This document shows positions 17,108 through 23,594 of a stretch of 23,594 nt of DNA, one piece after another (the stretch's first letter is position 1; each line of letters begins with the position of its first letter). A program made the position numbers and the translations under genes. The notes under the pieces are model-generated. The model searched no databases. It had not been told where the DNA came from and worked only from the letters and a program-made list of their open reading frames with translations. Origin of the DNA: Gemmatimonadota bacterium (GTDB lineage Bacteria > Latescibacterota > UBA2968 > UBA8231); the NCBI GenBank assembly GCA_038128265.1, contig JAYPJE010000060.1, forward strand, positions 1 to 23,594, in the 5' to 3' direction.

Positions 17108-18337
17108 ATGGGTGCAAAAATACTCGTCGTCGAGCGCAATGCGCGCATTGGCGGACTCATCAGCAATCAGCTGAGGGAAAAGGGATTTGAGGCCCGGGAC
17201 GTGCGACACGGAGCCGAAGCGGCGATCGCCCTGCGCAGCGAGATCGCCGACCTGGTCCTAATCGACAACGAGATTGTTATGGGCGGCATAAAGACGGCAC
17301 GCCTGTTGCGCCTCCATCCCAAGTACCAGCAGTTGCCCATCGTGCTAAGCCTATCCAGCCAAGAGGAAAAAGCACTGGCAGCCATGGACAACGCCCAAAC
17401 TAGCGGCTTAAAACACTTCCTCACCAAGCCGTTTAGCATGGCCATTCTGCTGGAAAAGCTCGGCGAAGCGCTCGACGCAGATGCGCCCAACAAGCAGCCC
17501 ACCGCCACCGAGATCCGCAACGAGATCCGCGAACTCACCGATCTACCAGTCATGCCCGAAGTCTACAACCGCTTGTTGACGCTGCTGAACAGGCCCAATG
17601 CCGACGTCAACCTGAGCGAAGTTGCGCGCACGCTCGAAATGGATGTCGGCCTCTCGGCGCGCGTTATGCGCACGTGCAAATCGGCCTACTTCGGCTTTCA
17701 GGGCAATATGATGAAACAGGCGCTGGCCTTTCTCGGCGTAGAGGAAATTCGCCGCATTGTGCAGTCGGCCGTTATCTACAATGTCTTTGGCCACGAAGAG
17801 GGCAGCGACACGCGCTTGAGCATGAGAAACCTGTGGAAGCATTCGATCGCCGTTGGCCTGGCCATGGAAATGCTCGGAAAATCGGATAGGAACAAAACCA
17901 ACTTCCTGCTCGGCACGCTGCACGACTTGGGCAAAGCGATCTTTAAGACGCGCTTCCCCGACCACTTTAGCGCCATCATGGACATGGTAGAGGCTAACGG
18001 TGTGTCCATGCTGCAAGCCGAGCGAGAGCTGCTGGGTATTAGCCACGCCGAATGCGGCGGCGCGCTGGCTACGCACTGGGATTTGCCACCCGAAGTGCGC
18101 ACAGCCATCATGTCCCATCACAGCCCATCGCAAAATCCACAGCATCGCCAGCTATCGGCCACCGTGCACGTATGCGATATCGCAGTGCGCTCAATGAAGA
18201 TCGGCTTTGCCGGCGATGACCTCATCCCTCCGCTTGACGTATACGCCAAGCGCAGCTTTCCCAAAGGCGTTGAAATGCTGATGGCCCAAAGGGAGCAGAT
18301 CGTGCAGCAGGTCGAAGCCATAGTCGGTAGTGCGTGA
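17108..18337 (+). CDS. Response regulator receiver + HDOD domain protein
   Basis: KILVVE, DLVLID, KPF (REC); LPVMP, D..LSARVMR...SAYFG, QAL.FLG, LWKHS, LHDLGK, ERELLGISHAECG..L..HW.LP (HDOD). Confidence 0.92.
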   Translation: MGAKILVVERNARIGGLISNQLREKGFEARDVRHGAEAAIALRSEIADLVLIDNEIVMGGIKTARLLRLHPKYQQLPIVLSLSSQEEKALAAMDNAQTSGLKHFLTKPFSMAILLEKLGEALDADAPNKQPTATEIRNEIRELTDLPVMPEVYNRLLTLLNRPNADVNLSEVARTLEMDVGLSARVMRTCKSAYFGFQGNMMKQALAFLGVEEIRRIVQSAVIYNVFGHEEGSDTRLSMRNLWKHSIAVGLAMEMLGKSDRNKTNFLLGTLHDLGKAIFKTRFPDHFSAIMDMVEANGVSMLQAERELLGISHAECGGALATHWDLPPEVRTAIMSHHSPSQNPQHRQLSATVHVCDIAVRSMKIGFAGDDLIPPLDVYAKRSFPKGVEMLMAQREQIVQQVEAIVGSA

Positions 18338-18972
18338 GGTACGCTTGGCATAGTCCGCACGACCAGAGGTGGACCGGGTTCCTCGCCGCACTTATCGTCG
18401 TGCTGAGTAGCGCGCCCCTTTGCGCGCAGGAAGCAGATGAAACGCCGATGCTCGCTCCCAGCCGTTCACTCTATGCCTCACTCGGCATCGGCTTTATCAA
18501 TATCGACGAGCGCGGCCCGGGGGTGCGAGCGCCGCTGGGCTTCGTCGCAGCACTTAACAAACAGCGTCTCATCGCGCGCGCCACGCTGCTCGACCTGAGC
18601 TTTCTCGAAGGCGATAATCGCGACGATCGCTACGCGCGCAGTTTCTCCGCCTATGCCCCCTCCAACTGCTACGATACGCGAACGGGCTACTACGTATCCA
18701 ATTACCGCTGTTCCGGGGGAACGGATTTACTGGGTTCGGCTAGCGCCGAGCTCAACTACGTCGTTCTACGCGGTGTATGGCTATCCGGACACCAAGGCCA
18801 AGTATTTGCCGGCGCCGGCTGGCGCTGGAAATCGCCCCAAAGTGCCTATGGCAGCATTGGCTTTTTTTTCGAGCGCCCGTACCGGAGCAGCGGCGGCGTA
18901 CAGCTGGTGATAGGCCAGGGCTTCGTTGGTTTTGGCCTGCTCTGGGGCTACGATCTTCGCCGACTCTTTTAG
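18334..18972 (+). CDS. Secreted hypothetical protein, possible small outer-membrane beta-barrel
   Basis: GTGA overlap with the upstream stop; signal-like segment ending PLCA|Q; Gly/aromatic alternating strands; C-terminal Phe. Confidence 0.7.
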   Translation: MRYAWHSPHDQRWTGFLAALIVVLSSAPLCAQEADETPMLAPSRSLYASLGIGFINIDERGPGVRAPLGFVAALNKQRLIARATLLDLSFLEGDNRDDRYARSFSAYAPSNCYDTRTGYYVSNYRCSGGTDLLGSASAELNYVVLRGVWLSGHQGQVFAGAGWRWKSPQSAYGSIGFFFERPYRSSGGVQLVIGQGFVGFGLLWGYDLRRLF

Positions 18973-19054
18973 CGGACCCAACGCGCCTGACAGGCGTCCT
19001 CTTATACAGATCCCATCGCCGTTGATCGCATACCAACGCAACGAGAGAGTCCAT

Positions 19055-21973
19055 ATGTTCTTTCGCATGGCCGCCCTTCTGCTTGCATGCGCCAGTATAG
19101 CGCAAGCGCAGTTACCCGCTGATGTCCATCCCTCATTGCTATTCAGCCGCGAAGAGGTACCCCTGCTCAGGGAGCGCATCCAGCGCCCACCCTATGACGC
19201 ATGGTGGTCCACCATCTTAACGCGCGCACAAAACGGGCTGCCAGAAGGGGCTCCAGAGCGCACCAAAGCGCGCTTGGCCAAATCCATGGCTTTTGCCTAC
19301 TGGATGACGAGCGATGAAGTGTGGGCAAAGCAGGCCCTAGCCATCATGCGTGACACGCGCTTCCCGCCGCGCGGTGGCGACATGGGACAACCGCACAACG
19401 AGGGTGAACTCGTCGCCCACTACGCGCTGGCCTACGATATGCTGCACGACTATGCGGCAGCCAACGATTCGACGGCGCTTGCAGAGATTCGCGCCATTCT
19501 GGCCGAAGAGGCGGCGCGCCTCGAACAGGGCATCGTCGTGCAGGAACTCAACCTTGGTTTGACCAAACTGGTCATTCGCCTGCACGAGACGCCACACTTT
19601 GACAACTGGCACATACGCGCCTACGGCGGACTGGGCTTGGCGGCATTGGCGATGCGCGACCACCGCGATGCACCGGTATGGTCTGCGCGCGCACTCGACC
19701 TAGTGGTGCACAGCCTCGACCTGCAAATCGAACCGGAGAGCGGTGCCTATGCCGAAGGCCCATTCTACAGCCGCTACTCGGCCGATGTATACCTGCCGTA
19801 CTTTATCGCACTCAAGCGCATCGAAGGGCGTGACCTCTTTGCCGAAACATCCGTGCAGGCGATGCATCAATGGTCGCTCAACCTGCGCCTGCCCAACGGG
19901 CGACGTCCCAATATTGACGATGGACACCTAGACGATTTTTATGGCCACTACCTGGCATCCATTGCCGAAAACGGCGGCACATTTCGCTGGGACTGGGAAA
20001 ACAACGATAGCGGCCTCTACGTGCGGCAGTTTTCCGAAATGGACGCCATTGCCCTCTTCGACGACCGCATAGAACCGACCAAGCCAACGCGCCAACCGAC
20101 CGTCTTTATGCCCAGCGGGGGCGATGCCGTATTCCGCTCCGACTGGTCGAGCGACGGTACGTATCTGCTGCTGCGCGGCGAGCACGGCACGGCGCGCAGC
20201 AGCGGCGTGTCGCACGAACACCCCGACGAAACGAGCTTTGTGCTCTACGCCGCCGGCGAAATGCTCGCCCTAGATGCCGGCTATATCGACTTTACCAACC
20301 ACGCCAAGGTCAATCGCGGAGCCAATCACAACCTCGTGCTGGTCGACGGGCAAGGTCCGCCGCTCTTTACGGCGCTGGGCGAGGCCATCGGCGGTGGCAA
20401 CGACGCCTTTATCGAAGACACCTTTATCGGCGCCAACGGCGACTACGCCGAAGTGCGCGCATCGTATAGCGGTGTCGATATGCTCCGTCGCACGCTATTT
20501 GTCGACAAGCAGTATTTTCTAATCGCCGACCAAATGAGCAGCGCTGTCCAACGCGCATACGAATGGCGACTGCACGGCAACGGTGGCGGCACCAGCGGCG
20601 GCGAGTATGCTCGGCAGGGAAACCTAGCGCGCTGGACGCGCAAAAACGGCGAGCTACTCGCTTTTCTCCCCGCACGCGACGGACGCTCCTTTGGCGAAAT
20701 AGACACGCTGCACTCATTCGATGCGGGCCAAGAACTCACTCACACAGCCCTGCGCGTGCAGCAGCGCGGCGATCGCGACCACTATTTGGCCGTACTCTAC
20801 CCGCGCGCTACAGGCGACGACGTGCCCGTTCTGAGCACGCTCGCAGCCAAGGGAGCAGAAGGCGCCAGCATTGCGCGCGGCCAACGCTTGGACATCGCCT
20901 GGGTCAAAGACGCTGACGCGCCCAGCGCCGAGGTCGCCAACTTGCAGAGCGATGGCGCATTCGGCTGGTTTAGCCACGCGACGGGCGACTCGGTAGGGCA
21001 GCGTTTTGTCGTGCAGGATGCAACCTATCTGCGCTCGGCGGTAGCCTCTGACACCGACGGCACGCTCTTTTCAGCCAGCGATACCGTAGACGTTAGCCTA
21101 CACGCATCAGCCGAACGCATCGTCGGCTTTGTGCGCGGCCCTGGGACCGGCTACGCGATGCGCTTGCCGCTGGCAGAGAATAGGACTGTGGCCGAAATCG
21201 CTTTTGGCGGCGAGCTGCTCGGCACGCGCGAGGAGGACGATGCGCTCTCCTTAGATTTGGCGGGCCAGGGCGATTTGACCATCACGCTAGTCGTGCGCGA
21301 AGCGGCACCGCTCGAACCGCTCGAGCTTAGCGGTGCAGATCTGGTCGGCGAATTTGGTCCCTTTCTGGCCCAGAACGGACGCGAGCGTCTCTTTATCACG
21401 TACCAAAACGGCATCTCCGGACACATTCCCGAGCGCGCTGCGCAACTCCGCGCCAACAACATCTGTCGGCTCTATGGGCGCACCGATGCAGTCGAATGGC
21501 TGGCCATGCCTAGTTTGACGCTGAGCGAACCCACACTAACTCAGGTGACGGATACCGGCCTGCAAATTCGCAACGGCCGCGGCCAGTTGGAAGTCAATAG
21601 CCGCGGCCGCGTGCTTGGCCCCAACAAGTACTTCTCCATCACCTGCGGCACAGAACCTTATAGTACGGGCAAACGCGTCGCACAGCGCAGGGCAGATCGC
21701 GTCGCATTGGACAATGCATATCCCAATCCGTTTAACAGCGAAGTAGCTATTCGCTTTTCTCTCGAGCAAAGCGGAGCCGTCGAAGTTGCCGTCTACAACG
21801 CTACCGGTCAAAAGGTGCGCACGCTGCAAGCAGGCATGCTGGAAGGCGGCTCCTATCGCCTCGTCTGGGATGGACGCGACAACAGCGGGCGCAGCGTCGC
21901 TACCGGACTCTACCTCGTACGCCTGCAGTCGGGCACGCAGCAAGTCGTGCAAAAAATAACTCTGCTGCGCTAA
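19055..21973 (+). CDS. Secreted heparinase II/III-like polysaccharide lyase with C-terminal FlgD-Ig/T9SS-CTD-like domain
   Basis: Signal MFFRMAALLLACASIAQA; HPSLLF, DNWH, YAEGPFYSRY, VFRSDW, HEHPDETSF, LDAGY, HNLVLVDG; C-terminal AYPNPFN...VYN..GQKVRTL...WDGRD..GRSVATGLY...KITLLR. ATG 19055, 972 aa. Confidence 0.87.
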   Translation: MFFRMAALLLACASIAQAQLPADVHPSLLFSREEVPLLRERIQRPPYDAWWSTILTRAQNGLPEGAPERTKARLAKSMAFAYWMTSDEVWAKQALAIMRDTRFPPRGGDMGQPHNEGELVAHYALAYDMLHDYAAANDSTALAEIRAILAEEAARLEQGIVVQELNLGLTKLVIRLHETPHFDNWHIRAYGGLGLAALAMRDHRDAPVWSARALDLVVHSLDLQIEPESGAYAEGPFYSRYSADVYLPYFIALKRIEGRDLFAETSVQAMHQWSLNLRLPNGRRPNIDDGHLDDFYGHYLASIAENGGTFRWDWENNDSGLYVRQFSEMDAIALFDDRIEPTKPTRQPTVFMPSGGDAVFRSDWSSDGTYLLLRGEHGTARSSGVSHEHPDETSFVLYAAGEMLALDAGYIDFTNHAKVNRGANHNLVLVDGQGPPLFTALGEAIGGGNDAFIEDTFIGANGDYAEVRASYSGVDMLRRTLFVDKQYFLIADQMSSAVQRAYEWRLHGNGGGTSGGEYARQGNLARWTRKNGELLAFLPARDGRSFGEIDTLHSFDAGQELTHTALRVQQRGDRDHYLAVLYPRATGDDVPVLSTLAAKGAEGASIARGQRLDIAWVKDADAPSAEVANLQSDGAFGWFSHATGDSVGQRFVVQDATYLRSAVASDTDGTLFSASDTVDVSLHASAERIVGFVRGPGTGYAMRLPLAENRTVAEIAFGGELLGTREEDDALSLDLAGQGDLTITLVVREAAPLEPLELSGADLVGEFGPFLAQNGRERLFITYQNGISGHIPERAAQLRANNICRLYGRTDAVEWLAMPSLTLSEPTLTQVTDTGLQIRNGRGQLEVNSRGRVLGPNKYFSITCGTEPYSTGKRVAQRRADRVALDNAYPNPFNSEVAIRFSLEQSGAVEVAVYNATGQKVRTLQAGMLEGGSYRLVWDGRDNSGRSVATGLYLVRLQSGTQQVVQKITLLR

Positions 21974-21983
21974 GACCTCGCAT

Positions 21984-22012
21984 TAGACAGCGCGGCAGTA
22001 TTTGCCTATACT
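21984..22012 (+). promoter_or_regulatory. Sigma70-type promoter for the small CPMK peptide gene
   Basis: TAGACA (21984-21989), 17-nt spacer, TATACT (22007-22012); spacer holds the inverted repeat GGCA-gtatt-TGCC. Confidence 0.6.
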
Positions 22013-22039
22013 CTGCTCAGTTAACAAGGAGCCATTGAT

Positions 22040-22207
22040 ATGAGAAAGCTGGGATACGTACTCATCGGCGGCGCGCTTATCATCGGCCTGCAGTGGGCCG
22101 TGCCTGCCGCCTACAGCGCCGTTGCTACAGAGGAAAAAGCAGCCGAAAGCTGTCCGATGAAGAGCACCTGCCCGATGAAGGATAAAGCAGTCGAGGCCGA
22201 GGCATAA
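22040..22207 (+). CDS. Small exported peptide (55 aa) with tandem CPMK motifs; absent from ORF track
   Basis: AAGGAG RBS at 22026-22031; MRKLGYVLIGGALIIGLQWAVPAAYSAVATEEKAAESCPMKSTCPMKDKAVEAEA*; promoter upstream, hairpin downstream. Confidence 0.82.
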   Translation: MRKLGYVLIGGALIIGLQWAVPAAYSAVATEEKAAESCPMKSTCPMKDKAVEAEA

Positions 22208-22255
22208 CAGTCGACCTTAACTGAGCGACACCTGAAGTCGGGTTGTTATAAAGCG

Positions 22256-22295
22256 AATCCCCCGCAGCCGATTGTGCTGTGGGGGATTTGGCTTT
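22256..22295. terminator. Probable bidirectional terminator between the small peptide gene and ytoQ
   Basis: 13-bp stem AATCCCCCGCAGC/GCTGTGGGGGATT (one G-U), flanked by A-rich and T-rich bases, between convergent genes. Confidence 0.72.
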
Positions 22296-22317
22296 GTGGA
22301 GCTTTAAGCCGACTAGC

Positions 22318-22761
22318 CTAACCCTCTATAACGTAGCGCAAGATCTGCACTACCTGCTGAGGTTCGCGCGCCACGGCTAGCGCGGCGGCATCTACTTCTT
22401 TGAGCGCGTGCGTAAACTCGTCTGGGTGTAGGACGATTAGCGGCTTGCCCAGCGCGGCGGCAAAACCGGCGTCAAAGGCAGCATTCCACTGCCGGTACTG
22501 TTCGCCAAAACGCACGACAACCACGTCGGCCGCTTCGATCAACGTGCGCGTTCGAATAGCGTTGAGCTGGGCGCCTTTGCGGTCCTTCCAAAAGGCTTTT
22601 TCCTCTGCTCCCAGAATGCGGATACCGCATTCATCGCTAGCCGCGTGATCGGTCACAGGCGCGCTAAAAGCCACCGGTAGATCGGCCGCACCTTGCGCTA
22701 TTTGGTCGCGCCAGTCGCTGTGGATTTCACCCGATAAATAAACCTGCCACTGTCGTGCCAT
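22318..22761 (-). CDS. ytoQ: YtoQ family protein (nucleoside 2-deoxyribosyltransferase-like fold)
   Basis: VYLSGEIHSDWR, PVTDH.ASD.CG, LNAIRTRT, VVRFGEQYRQWNAAFDAG, HALKEVD. AGGAGG RBS. Confidence 0.92.
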   Translation of the reverse strand: MARQWQVYLSGEIHSDWRDQIAQGAADLPVAFSAPVTDHAASDECGIRILGAEEKAFWKDRKGAQLNAIRTRTLIEAADVVVVRFGEQYRQWNAAFDAGFAAALGKPLIVLHPDEFTHALKEVDAAALAVAREPQQVVQILRYVIEG

Positions 22762-22886
22762 GCATGCCTCCTACTGTAAGGACTCCGTCGCATTTACCTA
22801 TACAAACCAATCTCCGCGTTGCGCGCAAAGCGACCGCCCCTATCTTCTAAGCAGCTTTTACGCGCCACATACACGGGAGAAATCGC

Positions 22887-23186
22887 ATGAAATCCGCCCT
22901 TGAACTAGCCATGGAAAAGGCCAATGCCGCCGTCGGTGGTGAAGATTCAATCAAGCTGAGCGACGAGCAAAAAGCCGACATTGATGACGTGCGGAAGTTG
23001 TACGAGGCCAAGTGGGCCGAAAAGGAACTACAAATTAACGAGCGCATCGCCACGTTAGGACAAGAAAACCCCGAAGGGCTAGCCGAAGCACGCGCACAGC
23101 TACAGCGCGAGACCAACGCCCTGCGCGAACAAATTTTTGCCGAACGCGATGCAAAGATAGAGGAAATCCGCCAGCGCGGTAGCTGA
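22887..23186 (+). CDS. Hypothetical small helical/coiled-coil protein
   Basis: GGGAG RBS; MKSALELAMEK start; E/K/R/Q-rich, 99 aa. Confidence 0.85.
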   Translation: MKSALELAMEKANAAVGGEDSIKLSDEQKADIDDVRKLYEAKWAEKELQINERIATLGQENPEGLAEARAQLQRETNALREQIFAERDAKIEEIRQRGS

Positions 23187-23207
23187 ACTCTGCAATCAAT
23201 GGATATG

Positions 23208-23247
23208 CAAAACGAGCCCCCGACGATATATATCGTCGGGGGCTCGT
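23208..23247 (-). terminator. Terminator formed by a perfect 36-bp palindrome
   Basis: ACGAGCCCCCGACGATAT|ATATCGTCGGGGGCTCGT (23212-23247), followed on the minus strand by a T run; between convergent genes. Confidence 0.8.
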
Positions 23248-23266
23248 CAGTGACACGGCGTGCGGT

Positions 23267-23593
23267 CTAGCTCTTTCTGGCTTTGGCTTTGGCCTTTGGC
23301 TTGGCCGGGGCTTTCTTGGCCGGCGCCTTGGCTTTGGCCTTTGGCTTGGCCGGGGCTTTGGCCGGCGCCTTGGCTTTGGCCTTTGACTTAGCCGGGGCTT
23401 TCTTGGCTGGCGCCTCCACAGCAACCGCATCGGCACTGGCTTTCTTATTGGCCCGCGGTAGCTTGTTTTGCTTGTGGCACTCAGCTATGACGGCAATCTG
23501 CTTGCGCACCTGTTCCAACGTAATATCCAACTTGCCGTCGCCCGTCAGCACCTCGTGCAGATTGGCGTAGATGCGCGCCGGACCGCTGGCAAA
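23267..23593 (-). CDS. 3' end of a probable Gfo/Idh/MocA oxidoreductase with Lys/Ala/Pro-rich tail (partial)
   Basis: Frame open to the window edge: FASGPARIYANLHEVLTGDGKLDITLEQVRKQIAVIAECHKQN, resembling the Gfo/Idh/MocA C-terminal helix pattern, then APAKKAPAK repeats. Family call rests on about 45 aa. Confidence 0.6.
   Translation of the reverse strand, partial: FASGPARIYANLHEVLTGDGKLDITLEQVRKQIAVIAECHKQNKLPRANKKASADAVAVEAPAKKAPAKSKAKAKAPAKAPAKPKAKAKAPAKKAPAKPKAKAKARKS
23283..23414. repeat. Coding tandem repeat, 3 copies of 42-45 nt
   Basis: Units 23283-23327, 23328-23369, 23370-23414, each encoding APAK(K)APAK[PS]KAKAK on the minus strand. Confidence 0.9.
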
Positions 23594-23594
23594 C

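Noticed and set aside
16957..17166. 69-aa minus-strand ORF in the kinase/HDOD spacer
   Set aside because: Overlaps the REC start and AT-rich promoter region; no RBS or motif support.
23283..23414. Repeats as a possible CRISPR array
   Set aside because: Contiguous in-frame units with no unique spacers and no cas genes.
23283..23570. Plus-strand hydrophobic ORF (ALAFGLAG repeats) and alternate-frame PRRRPK ORF 23035..23436
   Set aside because: Other-frame readings of the PAKK repeat; the K/A/P frame continues the upstream globular sequence.
1..23594. Mobile element, prophage, defence island or stop-codon recoding
   Set aside because: No transposase, integrase, phage or defence motifs, no obvious compositional break, and no recognised gene is interrupted by an in-frame stop.

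Overview
A GC-rich, gene-dense bacterial chromosomal window with about 25 CDSs. I found no rRNA, tRNA, CRISPR array or mobile element. The gene mix (PhyH dioxygenase, UxuA-like dehydratase, enolase-superfamily enzyme, secreted heparinase II/III-like lyase with a C-terminal YPNPFN/FlgD-Ig domain) suggests a polysaccharide/sugar-acid scavenger, plausibly an FCB-group lineage such as Latescibacterota (inference only). Left to right: partial PhyH; aldo/keto reductase; secreted DUF4874/DUF4832 protein; Rieske ferredoxin coupled to an amidohydrolase_2-fold protein; tag; MDR oxidoreductase; UxuA-like dehydratase; isochorismatase-like hydrolase; a minus-strand block (601-aa unknown, DUF4185/DUF5005-like, CPXCG protein, MFS) divergent from an atypical enolase-family enzyme; GNAT, moaB, glutaminyl cyclase and a HisKA_2 kinase divergent from a REC-HDOD protein; a putative beta-barrel; the lyase; a 55-aa CPMK-repeat peptide missing from the ORF track; ytoQ; a small helical protein; and the 3' end of a probable Gfo/Idh/MocA oxidoreductase with a histone-like PAKK tail. 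Best leads: (1) the amidohydrolase-Rieske pair as a probable dinuclear oxygenase, preceded by a structured switch-like RNA candidate; (2) a glutaminyl cyclase alongside three secreted proteins whose mature forms all appear to start with Gln; (3) the small CPMK peptide with its own promoter and terminator; (4) the uncharacterised carbohydrate locus at 8.1-13.8 kb. All family calls are by-eye motif recognition, not database results.
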